DNA of 64,000 bases from Naegleria gruberi. Taxonomy: Eukaryota. The position numbers and the translations under genes were made by a program. The stretch lies in NCBI GenBank assembly GCA_000004985.1, contig GG738888.1. One strand, given 5' to 3'. Under the pieces are notes generated by a model. It was not told where the DNA came from. It did no database searches and was given only the letters and a program-made list of their open reading frames with translations. Positions 23,702 through 34,711 of the stretch are shown here, in pieces; the first letter of the stretch is position 1; the number at the start of each line of letters is the position of its first letter.

Positions 23702-25069
23702 TTATTTATGTTTCTTTGTTATCCAATCTAACTCTGAATGAATATCAATAGATGCCTTTCTTTTCAGAGATGTCAAATCAGATGACCCAACAACCACAGA
23801 TGCATGACCAGCAACAGCACCAACACCACCAGTGACACTACCACTACTCATCTTTCTAGAATTTGCAACTAATGAATTGTTACTACTTCTCTGTGGTGGA
23901 GACATGTTAAAAGTTGGTGATTGTCTTTTTGTAAACTTTTTCAAACTCTCTTCAAGTTCAGCAATTGTTAAAATTTGTTCTTGTTGTCGATGGTGGTGGT
24001 GATGCTGATGCTGATGCTGGTGATCGATATGATGTGATGTTGTTGTTGATGGAGAACTATTAAAATTAAAAGGTAATGTACAATTATTTGAGGAGGGTAT
24101 TGAAGAAATAGGTAAATTCAAACTTTTAAATCCCTCTTCTAAAAGTTCTTGCATAGTTTCCTCTTTTAGTATGTATACTTGTTGGTTAATTACCATATTT
24201 GTGTTATTGTGCAATGAATTCAAAAGCATGTTATTGATATCTTCATTTCCTTGATAGGAGTTTACAAGATTCTTAGAAGTTACTAATGATGATGATGCAG
24301 TTGTTGTACTATTAATTGTATTCGAATTATTGTTGAATATATTATTCATGTTATTAGAAAGTACATTTGTCAATGTTGAATTATTGTTATTAGAATTATG
24401 ATGATTTAATTGATTGGAAAGTAAAATATTGGTTGTGTTGGTAGAAGGTTGTTGCATGATGAAATTATTCGAGTTATTATTATTATTACTTCGTTGCATT
24501 AAAAGTACATGTTGTTGTTTGATCATGTCGAGTGATTCTTGTAATTTGGCATTATTTGAATGGGTAGTAGCAGTAGTGGTATTCAATGAACTGGTTATGT
24601 CATTTGTGAAGGGATTGGTTGGAGTGGAAGAGGAATTGGAAGAATTATTCGAAACATTGTTGGTAGAAAGGTTAGTTGGAGTGCTAACAGAAGCAGTACT
24701 ACTGGACATGTTTGATGTTGGTGTTTGAATCATGTTAGTTGAAGAGTTTAAACTATTTGTTTGGGGTTGAATATTAATTGGTTGAGAGTTTGGACTCTTA
24801 TTCGAAACTTGATTTGTTCCGCTATTGGATAAAGATTGATTCAACATGAATTGTTGTTTGATTTGAATAATTTGTTGCGGACTGAGTGATGGTTGTTGTT
24901 GTAGTAGTGCTTGAACTAATTGTTGTTGAAGTTGAAATTGAGTTGCAGAATTATTCGAAATATGATTATTGTTAGGCATACCACCATGTAACTTGAATTG
25001 TTGTTGTTGTTGCGGTTGTTGTTGCTGTTGCTGTTGTTGCATGATGGTCACAAGATTGTCTTGTTGCAT
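23702..25069 (-). CDS. Poly-Q/N/S/T-rich low-complexity protein of unknown function. The start is probably the Met at 25069, and the upstream part of the track ORF is probably leader.
   Basis: A 560-aa track ORF, with the first convincing ATG at 25067-25069. It has a His-rich HQHQHQHHHHH tract. The antisense ORF 24414..24728 is an artefact. Confidence 0.35.
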   Translation of the reverse strand: MQQDNLVTIMQQQQQQQQPQQQQQFKLHGGMPNNNHISNNSATQFQLQQQLVQALLQQQPSLSPQQIIQIKQQFMLNQSLSNSGTNQVSNKSPNSQPINIQPQTNSLNSSTNMIQTPTSNMSSSTASVSTPTNLSTNNVSNNSSNSSSTPTNPFTNDITSSLNTTTATTHSNNAKLQESLDMIKQQHVLLMQRSNNNNNSNNFIMQQPSTNTTNILLSNQLNHHNSNNNNSTLTNVLSNNMNNIFNNNSNTINSTTTASSSLVTSKNLVNSYQGNEDINNMLLNSLHNNTNMVINQQVYILKEETMQELLEEGFKSLNLPISSIPSSNNCTLPFNFNSSPSTTTSHHIDHQHQHQHHHHHRQQEQILTIAELEESLKKFTKRQSPTFNMSPPQRSSNNSLVANSRKMSSGSVTGGVGAVAGHASVVVGSSDLTSLKRKASIDIHSELDWITKKHK

Positions 25070-25414
25070 TGTTTCTAATAAAACTTGGTGTTGGAGAGAT
25101 GAAATTTGGATTCTGATAACAACTCGGTGAAAGGGGCGGTTTCTAAAGTATGCTTCTATTAGAAATATGGATTTTACTGAGAGAAAGAGGTTCAACAAGA
25201 TGTGTTGACTTTTTTCTTTGATGTGTGTTGTTATTTCTTTGGAGATAATGCAGACAAAAACATTTAAAACATTGACAGATTTTTTGAAATGAAATGAAAA
25301 TTTGGGAAGTTTGTGTTCGTTTAAGGAAATGAAAAGCAAGAAATATTTTATTCGAGATAGCGTGATGTAATTTGGCATCACCACTTAAAAATAATTAACT
25401 CTTTAGATTGCTTT

Positions 25415-25456
25415 TACAATTCACATCGTTGTGGTTTGTTAAAGATGTGAATTGTA
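25415..25456. repeat. Perfect 12-13-bp inverted repeat ACAATTCACATC / GATGTGAATTGT with a 16-nt loop.
   Basis: Read directly. It is intergenic between the minus-strand genes at 23702..25069 and 25848..26860. Confidence 0.5.
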
Positions 25457-25847
25457 CAATTATAATGGTTGATGTTGTTCTTATCATCTGTGTTGTGGCT
25501 CTGGTGATTATCTATGGACAGATATAAATTGAAAGATACTACTTGTGGATTTCAATTAGTTTGGGCGATATTCTGCTAGGGAGATCGATTATGGATTGAA
25601 ATAGAATGTTGCCATTTTTGTAGAAATTGTTAGCCAATGCCAGACACTTTATAAAGATGCAAGTTTAATATTATTTTGTAATAATGGTGGTTGTATTATT
25701 GACAGTTAGTTTGTTGCTTGAAATGGTTCCTGCCACTTGTCAAGCAAGTCATGAAATATTCAATAATTGTAGTGAAACATGAAGTGACCAATAAGGAAAC
25801 GTTACATGCCTATTAACTAATTATTAGAATGAAATAAATTGGTTTTT

Positions 25848-26860
25848 TTAATTCAAAAGTTCTTTTATTGAGAATATTCTCGTTCTCGTTCCTTTTGGAC
25901 TCAATTCTTTAGGAGAAGATTCTGATTGTATTGAAATAGGTTGAAGAGTTGGCAAGGTTTCGTTTGGTTTCTTTAAATTTTCTTCATTCAATCTATTTCT
26001 CAAATCAGAAAGAGAAGTTTGATGATTATTTGAATTGGAAGTATTGAAATTTGGTTTCTTCTTTGTTACATTTGTCATATACGAAAGAGAATAATCTTTA
26101 GGTAAGCTCTCTAACTTGAATGGAACAAATTCAAACATTGATTGATTATTTACATTTGATTTGTGAGGAGGATATGAAAGTGAATCATCAAACGTTATTT
26201 TACAAGAGGAAATTGATTTGTTTGAATGTTGATGATGATGATGATGTGGTTTCTTTGAAATCTTTTTACATTCAACATGAAATAATGGACTACTATTATG
26301 AGAAAGAGGAAAGAGTAAATTATCATCCATAGTCATCTTTTGATTCTTCCAATGAAAGAAACATTTAGGATCACATCTACTTCTAATCTTTCCTGGAATC
26401 CTAGAAGTTGAGCATGTTTCATCTACTTGCCACGTTGAAACTGTAAATGGAGGTGGACTAGAGGTAACATCTTGAATATTACATTGATTTGAATTATATG
26501 GAGTGTTGTTATTAGTATTGTACATGTTGTTGATGGATTGTTGATCGGGAAGGAGAAGAAGCACATGCATTAAAAGTTGGAGGTGGATATGAGGATGAAT
26601 AGAATTGTTGTTCGTTGTTGTTGACCATTCATTGACGAGTAACAATTATTGGAATGATCATTTGCTGTAGTACAATTAGTATTCATTATTGTTTGAGAAG
26701 AAAATAATTGCTTATTCATCTGCAACTGTGTATAAGGCTGATAAGAAGAACAAGATGAATGGTTTATAGCTAAAGGAGCTACAGTAGATGGTGAGGCAAC
26801 CATTATTATTATTAGTATAATTAATATTGATATAATTGATAAAAGTATCAATAATAACAC
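25848..26860 (-). CDS. Putative secreted S/T/N-rich protein: a signal-peptide-like N-terminus (ORF 26570..26860) followed by a low-complexity body (ORF 25848..26645) in a different phase.
   Basis: The hydrophobic N-terminus LLLILLSIISILIILIIIMVASP and the two ORFs overlap out of frame at 26570-26645, which implies an unrecognised short intron or a frameshift. Confidence 0.3.
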
Positions 26861-28833
26861 AGAGAGTGTGTCGAGTTGTTTTTTTCAAAGAGAATATTCC
26901 TCTGCCAGTAGACAATATCAAAAACAAAGTCAGACAATGCTCTAGCCTACTGTCTTTAATAGGCAGGCATGAGTTCTTAAAATGTTAATATCTGGAAAAG
27001 GTAATTTTTAGAAAAATGAAAATATGTATGGCCAACAAAGATTGAGGAACCAATCTTGCCTTTCCACAGTTCATGATGAACACTTAAAGTATGGTTCAGA
27101 AAAGACTAGTAGCCATATTTGTCACTCAAGATTTAAAATAAGGAAATAAATTTTACATTGTCCAAAATAGTTTTACAACAATACAGCTCCGCAATGCCAG
27201 AATGTATCTCATTCACGCAATCATCATGTCTCTTGGATACTATTGAGGTACAAACATGTTTAATTCAAGTTCTTAACTTGAAACATTTGATTTATTGTTT
27301 TTAAGTTTCGTGCAAGAAAAAGGATGATTTTCATGAATTAATTCTGGAAATTAACTTCGCCTTGTGAAAAATCTACTGTGATGAATTGTTTCTCATTAAA
27401 ATTCTCCAGTATATCTGGTGCTTGTTAATAAGTTTTTCAAACAGAGGGAGATATTAATGGTTTTTGGTCAATTATATTCCACTTGAATCTTGCCATTGAT
27501 TTTACCAGTTAATAATTTATTGATATCTCTGCAAGAAGAGATGAGGCGTTCTCAAAAACCATAAAAGACAAGCACAAGTTTCATCACTATTGAACCTTTT
27601 TTGGAATTCGTTTTGGGGAAGTTGACTTGTTACAGACCCATACAGCGATAGTGACATTTTTATCAATTATACAACCTGTTATAATGTATCTAAAAAAAAA
27701 TGAATTTCTGAAACCTTAATCTCATTTAATTAAGTACCAATCTCATTAAGGATACTGCGAACGTCAGCTGTAGTTTGGTTACATTCAAGGAATGTTGATT
27801 GCTTATTGAGATTATCATTGAATTGTCTAGTTTCTATCTAAGGTGGTAATAGAATTTTAGTAAAACAACCATGCTCCAGCCACTTTCAATTTGTCTATGG
27901 CTCTGACTGTCTTTTGGAAATAATCAAATTCCTACATGAAGAAAAGATGAAAGTTTGTAATGGCGTTTCTCTGTTGATTATTCCCCCTCTTTCTGAATTC
28001 AACATCTTTCACTAATCTGGTATGTAAATGTTTTTCAATAATTGAGAAAGTTTGATTTCTCCTTTGGGATCTTGTTCATCACAGAATTTCTAAGAAGAAT
28101 AATATGCAATAGATAAACTTTTATCAATAGAATCTATAGTAATTTTGTTGAATAACTCATTTGGCTTGTAATTGTAACGATAGATGAGTTGTAAGGAAGC
28201 AATTTGATGATACGAATATCGTAGTAAGTGCTGGTATTATCAAGTAAAGAAATATTTGAGTAACAGCTGCCAATGCAATTTCCTATCATTTTTAAATGGA
28301 GTATCGACACAATTATTAGGATACTTTGTACTAAGTGATCATATTGTGGAGATGATTATTCACAAAGCATTGAGGTAATGTTCAAGTTTTGATATGACCC
28401 TTTCTTCTATCAAGAATTACAACAGTTTGGAAGTTCATTCCCAAGTTTCTGAAACTCTCTTTATCAAATGGTATTGGAAATAATTGGTTGAGTTCTGATA
28501 CCCACGATTAGTTAGGAACCATCGAATGATGGCGATACTACTAGTATCATTGTGTAAATTCTGCTTTCATTTCAAGTTTTACTTTACCTGAATATTTCAT
28601 TAAATTCTCAAGATTCCTGAAAATCAATTCTTAATAAACAAAGTATAAATAATTTATTTGTGTGAAATTAGATTGCTCAAAAGCACAACAGTGCAGAGCT
28701 TTGTTAGTATTATGGTCATAAGCACAATGTGCCTACTAGGGGGAAAAAGCCAGCGAGTCATCAAAGAACAGGTTATTCTTCATAACTTGTTCTTCTACCA
28801 AAATTGTAACTAAAACAAAACTTCATTGAGCAT

Positions 28834-30093
28834 TTACATAAAAGAGGTAAAATCATCATTCAAAGATTGGTTACCAATGAAATCCATAGCATCCATGGAA
28901 AAGTTGCCATCTGTCATACTTGTCTCATTCGATTCTGTTGGTTCAAAAAGGGAAGATGTATCAATAGTAATTAAATCATCAGCAGAACCAGATTGCATGA
29001 CTTCAGCAGTTTCACATTCTTGTTGTTGTTGACAGTAAGCAAGTTGTTCTGGAGTGCAACCATAAAAGTGTTGGAATAATCTATGTTGAATCAAATGGAA
29101 ACCAGTTAATTTGTCTTCTTCATCCATTTCGCTATGATGTTTGATTAAAAGGTCAAGAGTCTTCTTGAATGTTTCCATAAGTTTAACCTTCTTTGGATTT
29201 GGAGCAGCAACAACTTCTTCAGTAACTACAACTTCAGGAGCAGTTGATGTAGTTGATTGTTCAGTGGTTGTTGGTTCAGTAGATTCTGTTGCTTCAACTT
29301 CTTGTTTAACAGAAACTTCCTTGATAGATCTCTTTCTCTTTTTTTGTCCTTCGACAGCCTTCTTCTTTCTCTTTTCTTCTTTTGTTGTTGTTTGTGAAGA
29401 AGAGGCAGTAGCAGTTGAAGGATTTAATAAGCCATTGCTTGAATCTCTTTCAGAAACTTTTGGTCTTCTAGCATAAACTTGGAAAGGAGCACTTCTCATA
29501 ACAAAAACAGGAGTGTTAATATTATGATTGCTATCAGAGAATAATTGTAATAAAAGTCTCCATTTGCTCTTATTGTGGTGGAATGAAACACTACGGAATT
29601 TAACCTTATGATTAGCTTCAAAAACACCAAAGTTACCATTTGCTGTAGAAGTATTCTTGAGGGAAATAAGAGAATCATCAATAATTGGCTTGTTATCTTT
29701 CTTAATTTCCTTATCACTATCATCATCAATAACAGTGATACGACACATTAAGAGTTTAGGTAATTGTGTTACTTGTTCTGCGTTGACTGAACATTTATAG
29801 TGGAGCTTGTATCTCAGACTACTATACATCTTACATGGAGTATCGTAGATTGGCAAGGATTCATCACGAGTTGTGATACCAACACTAATGTTATAACCAC
29901 TAGCTTGGGCATTATTAGAATTATCCTTTTGCCATTGTCTGGAACCCATACCGAGACCTGCAGAGGAGTCATTAAAGGCTAGAGAATCATCTTCATGATA
30001 TTCAGATGACTCCATCATTGCCTCTTCCTCTTCTTCCAGCAAGGTATTACCTTCAAAGTTGATTTCTTCTGTCTTGATTGGATCTTGCATCAT
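28834..30093 (-). CDS. Hypothetical nuclear protein with a basic NLS-like K/R cluster (KEEKRKKKAVEGQKKRKRS) and a conserved-looking N-terminal domain.
   Basis: 419-aa ORF with the ATG at 30093 in good context. The N-terminus is acidic, followed by a central folded-domain-like region and a K/R-rich tract. No confident family assignment. Confidence 0.4.
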   Translation of the reverse strand: MMQDPIKTEEINFEGNTLLEEEEEAMMESSEYHEDDSLAFNDSSAGLGMGSRQWQKDNSNNAQASGYNISVGITTRDESLPIYDTPCKMYSSLRYKLHYKCSVNAEQVTQLPKLLMCRITVIDDDSDKEIKKDNKPIIDDSLISLKNTSTANGNFGVFEANHKVKFRSVSFHHNKSKWRLLLQLFSDSNHNINTPVFVMRSAPFQVYARRPKVSERDSSNGLLNPSTATASSSQTTTKEEKRKKKAVEGQKKRKRSIKEVSVKQEVEATESTEPTTTEQSTTSTAPEVVVTEEVVAAPNPKKVKLMETFKKTLDLLIKHHSEMDEEDKLTGFHLIQHRLFQHFYGCTPEQLAYCQQQQECETAEVMQSGSADDLITIDTSSLFEPTESNETSMTDGNFSMDAMDFIGNQSLNDDFTSFM

Positions 30094-31214
30094 CTTCGGC
30101 TTGTTGGTAATTAGCAGGAGGGAGTTTGGTATTTTTTTTAAGCGACAAATTTTTACAATAAAAACGAATAAAGGGGTTTATTGGAGCAAGAAAAACGCAT
30201 CACAAATTTTACCTCACAAAAAATGTTGAAGTAAAACTGCGAAGGTTTTTTTCATTTTTGAGTTATTTTTAGGAATTTTGATCAAGATGAATTTTCGGAT
30301 AAAGCTTTGTTATTGTTCAAAAGGCATTCAAAGAACAATAGCAAAGAGAAAGTCAAATAACTCTCTGTACAACAACAAACAACATCGATACAACACAAAA
30401 GGAAGATTGACCAATCACATTGACTGTTTCAAGAAACTGTCATATGAAAGTGCCAATACCCTCCTCTATGTTGTGTCTGGCCCGTAAGCCAGCAATTTAT
30501 TATTTGTGTAGGAAAGAATCCCTTTAAAAGGGTGTTGTATGAACAAGTGTTGGTGGAATGCCTTTGTGTTGTTGAGCATGAAGTTGCAAGTTAGGAGTTG
30601 TAAAATCTCCCATCAACAAACACTAAATTTTTAAGAGAAGATTTGTGCTTGTCGAATGCACCATTTTTTTTTGCTTGTGCAAAGCAGAAAAGGCGCTCAA
30701 AAATATTGAGCAACAACAGAGCCTGTGCAATATCCAAAATCTTGTGCACATTCTTGATGAAACTACAATTTATTAAGACATGATGAAAATATAATATCCA
30801 GATAATAAACAATGTGCTAGGAGCAAATACTTGATGCTGTCTTTCAATGGCTTGTTGTAGAACATTTCAAACCTAAACTATTTATAATCTCTTACAATGT
30901 TCGCAAGACTGCGTGAGATTTCTCTTTCCCGCCAATATTTTCAATGGCAAAATGATTGGATATTTCCAAGATATTCCCATTTGCTCAATAAGAATTTGTT
31001 GACTCATCTTTGTTTGTTTTTTGATGGGTTTGTTGAAATCGATACCTGTGGGAGAGTAGATATGTTGGTGAATGGTTGTTTGCCTTATTTCACACTCGCT
31101 GATTCAACACAATTAGGTCTTTTATTTGTTCAATTATGAAACTCCTCAAACCACCAATATTCGAATTCTACCATGAGCAATAATTATTGCAATCAACAAG
31201 TCACGAATAGAATA

Positions 31215-31613
31215 TTACTGAGACCAAACCTTATCAATCTCATGACGAATCATCTTGTTATTCTTCTTACCGTAAACATATCGAACATAAAGATGAATAT
31301 CATTTGGAGGAAGTGTTTGATCATCCTTTGGAGGAACCTGTTTAATGAGATGAACGAGGTGAGAAAATTCATCACAAGTTTCTGAATTTTCCATAAATTC
31401 CATATCAACAGTTGCTTGTTCTTTGAAATCATTTGGATAGGTTAGAATAATTGTTTCTCTTCCTTGCATTGCTAAAGATCCATTCAAAAAAACCTTCAAA
31501 TCCTCATCCAAACAATCCTTAATTCCCTCCAAATTTCTCTCATTGTAAAATTTAATATATTCTGTCAATAAATTGGAATAGAATTGAATAGAATTTTCTT
31601 GATCTAAAGACAT
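31215..31613 (-). CDS. Small NTF2-like (SnoaL-like) fold protein.
   Basis: 132-aa ORF with an A-rich context at the ATG. Size and pattern suggest the NTF2-like superfamily, with low certainty. Confidence 0.35.
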   Translation of the reverse strand: MSLDQENSIQFYSNLLTEYIKFYNERNLEGIKDCLDEDLKVFLNGSLAMQGRETIILTYPNDFKEQATVDMEFMENSETCDEFSHLVHLIKQVPPKDDQTLPPNDIHLYVRYVYGKKNNKMIRHEIDKVWSQ

Positions 31614-32192
31614 TTTTTATATTTGGTTGTGTAATTAGAAAATATTGAAATTGAAAAGCTTGGGAGAAAAATCAATTCTAGATTTGAAATTCAAACTCCA
31701 ATTTAAAAGATTAAAATCCGAATCAATTATTCATTATTAATTTATATACAATTGTTGATGTTGTTTTTACAATATTATAATACTATTTACTCGGCGATCA
31801 GCAGCCTCACAGCCAAGAATATACAAATTAAAGAAATCCATGGACTTAATCTTTCTCCAACTCGAGCACACTTCCAGAAAATTCCAGCAAAACTAAACCA
31901 TCAAATATTTTCAAAATTATATATTCCAATTTAAAAACAAGTCCGATATCATCATCAAATTAATTTCCAACTATTATTTTCAACTTGTTTTAAACACATA
32001 CCCTTGTTTCCGATCATCCAACCAACTAGCCTTGTATGCATGAACATAGGCACTTGTGCACACACACAATACTACTGTAAAAATCAAACTCTCAAAATTA
32101 AACAAGGCACTCTAAAACGATCATCAACATTAAATAACCCAAAGATGAAGAACATTAAATTCTTACCATTTTATATTTTTTTTATTTGTTTT

Positions 32193-32621
32193 TTAAACAT
32201 TTTCTGTTGCCAACTCGGAAGAGTTTTCAATAAATACCTTTACAAATACACCATCTTCATTTTGCAACGTTGGATAGACGTGTACATAACTATTTACAGA
32301 GATTGGCCTTAATCTGACCCTTTCGTCATCATCAAGGAAGGGACTAGCAAATAATTTATCAAAAAAAGAAGAAGGTGAATTATTATTACTTGATGACGAT
32401 GATGGTGATGATGAAGAATTGGAAAATAATCGAGTAAATAAATATCGGAGTGGTGATGATCGTCCCATGAAAACAAATCCACCCAATAGTGTTGCTATTA
32501 TATAGAATATTAAATTCCAAAGTGATTTAGATTCCGATGATTGTGATGACGATTCTTCCTCCTCTTCTAAATATTCGTCGTCATCTTCATCCTGTTGATT
32601 CGTTAATGATGAAGAATTCAT
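32193..32621 (-). CDS. Small acidic protein with one TM helix.
   Basis: 142-aa ORF with an acidic N-terminus, the hydrophobic segment LIFYIIATLLGGFVFMG and S-rich tracts. Confidence 0.35.
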   Translation of the reverse strand: MNSSSLTNQQDEDDDEYLEEEEESSSQSSESKSLWNLIFYIIATLLGGFVFMGRSSPLRYLFTRLFSNSSSSPSSSSSNNNSPSSFFDKLFASPFLDDDERVRLRPISVNSYVHVYPTLQNEDGVFVKVFIENSSELATENV

Positions 32622-32730
32622 TTTTTTCTCTTATTAATTTGAAATTGTTAACAACATTACAATAAATTTACAAATATCTACTATTCAATGTACAAGTTTG
32701 ATATAAACAATTTATTTGAATATGATTGAT

Positions 32731-33631
32731 TTAATAATATTCATCATCAGAGTCACGATTTGGATCATATTTACGAACATATTCTTCCTCTTCCTCTTCC
32801 TCTTCTTCTTCTGGTGCATCTTGTTGATAATTATTGTCACCATATTGAGGTTCTTCCTCAGCTTGGGTTTCCTCTTTTATTTCGAATGAAACTTTAGTTT
32901 CCTTTTCAGTTTCTTCTGGTTTCTTACGACCTTCAAGTCTTTCTTGTTTTTTCTTTTCAATCTTTTCCAATTTCTCCTTAATTTCATCTTCAGTTTTAAT
33001 AACTTCATCTGGGAATTTTTCCTTAAATTCCTTTGTAATTCTTTCAGCATCTTCCTTATCAATAATAGGTGGCTAATTTTCATAAATCATCATCAATACA
33101 CAGAATAATAATTATTATTATCAACACTATGCTTTGAATAGAAATAACATACATTTGGACCTCCTTTGTATCCTGCCTGTTGTAATTCTAATAAAAATCT
33201 TTCTTCTTCAATCCATTCTTCAGCATCTTCGAATGTCTAAAATGTTAAACATTCAAAATTGATGACAATTATTATCCATTCAGTATGATTACGATTCAAT
33301 TGTTAATGAAAACATGATAATCAGAATTTACAAAATTGTAAATTAAACATACACCAATAAATTTAGTATCAACAAATAATTGTGGTAAATCATATAAACC
33401 ACCATTGTATTTTAACATTTCATTAATCTTTTCCGGAACGGTACCCAAATCTATCACTGTATATTTAACTTGATTACTATCCAAGGTTTGAATTAATTTT
33501 TTACATTGGAGTGAACGTGATCGGATAGACTTGACTGAATTAGATTCATCAAATATTGATTCGAAACCTACAGAAATATAACTAATGTACACAAAGAGTT
33601 CTCCTCTAGTGGTACTACTTTCTTGAGACAT
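32731..33631 (-). CDS. SH3-binding glutamic-acid-rich (SH3BGR)-like thioredoxin-fold protein in 3 exons: 33631..33353, 33236..33153 and 33072..32731. Introns are 33237..33352 and 33073..33152.
   Basis: Glutaredoxin-like core (VYISYISVGFES...DLPQLFVDTKFIG) followed by an E/K-rich acidic tail ending in poly-E. Both introns begin GTATGT and the junctions are in frame with ORFs 33296..33655 and 32731..32970. The third-exon frame opens exactly at an acceptor AG. Confidence 0.6.
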
Positions 33632-33686
33632 TTTTTTGTTGTTTTTAAAACACACATTGACAAGTGATTACATGACAACCTGACTG

Positions 33687-34236
33687 TTATTTTACTTTTT
33701 TAAGAGGAGGTTCTGTATTATCTGTTGTTAATTGTTGTTGATCCTCCCGTTTTCTCTTATCTTCTGAATGATCTTGTTCTTCATTTGATAAATTAGTAGA
33801 TTCAATTATTGTTGATTTTTCTTCTTCTTGATTTTCTTCAGAAACCTGTGGTGGATGTTTAAAACACCAATCACATTGTAAAACTTTACTTCCTAATCTT
33901 TTCCCACGTAATCCCTCAAGAGCTTCCCTAGCTTGATCTAAATTTGCATATTTTACAAGAGCCAATCCGATTGGTAATCCTGTCCTTCTCGAAAGTTCAT
34001 AATGCAAACTAATAACTTGTCCAAAGTCTGATAATGTATCCGTGAGAGTTTCTGCATCAATATTTCTATCAATATTATTAATAAATAGCACATATCCTTG
34101 TACACTTTCCACTGGATGCGTTATTTGTGATTCCGATGCTGCTAAAGAATGTTTAGAATGTTGTTGCTGATGTTGTTGGGGATGATGATTTATGTTGTGA
34201 TGAGTATTGTGCTGCTGCTGATGATTGATTCTCATT
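33687..34236 (-). CDS. rbm8a: Exon-junction-complex RNA-binding protein Y14 (RBM8A), with an RRM.
   Basis: The RRM carries the Y14-specific C-terminal motif ...LRGKRLGSKVLQCDWCFKHPP (compare human ...QPISVDWCFVRGPP). The N-terminus is a poly-H/Q extension. The ATG is near 34234-34236. Confidence 0.7.
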
Positions 34237-34711
34237 TTTGTATTCTTTTTACCGTTATTTAATATTTCAATTAAAAATGTTTTGTTTTCCACAACAATGA
34301 GCCTTACCAAAAACTATCAATGAAGCATAATCGACGATATCGCACAAAAATCACTTAATCATTTGCCAAGATGTTCGTCTCAATATTGAGGTATCTTTAT
34401 CAGAATGTACACCTTCACAACAACATACCCACATAAAGTCAACTGATAGCGTTTAGGAGTTATTTTTGATCAATAATATTTTTGAGTTGTTTTTCAAATG
34501 AATTGTTGAGAGAAAATGCGTTAAAAAAAAGGGACAACACTTTAAAGTTTTTTCATGTTTTGAACACAACTGTTGGAAATATTTAATATTTTGATCATCA
34601 TCTTCAAAGAGAATACTTGTTGAAACAACATTTAATACTTTATCAATCAAAATATACCATTTACTATCAAAAGAATCAATTTCTTGTTGAGAGTATTCTT
34701 CCGAATCAAAT

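Noticed and set aside
24414-24728. Plus-strand ORF inside the poly-Q/N gene
   Set aside because: It is the antisense frame of CAA/AAT-rich coding sequence. It is repeat-driven and has no independent support.
30100-31200. 1.1-kb ORF-poor region with a CCAAT-like GACCAATCAC and small hairpins
   Set aside because: It could be an extended promoter of the 28834..30093 gene. The small ORFs there (30278..30487, 30591..30812, 30897..31139) have no coding signal. The evidence is too weak to call a feature.
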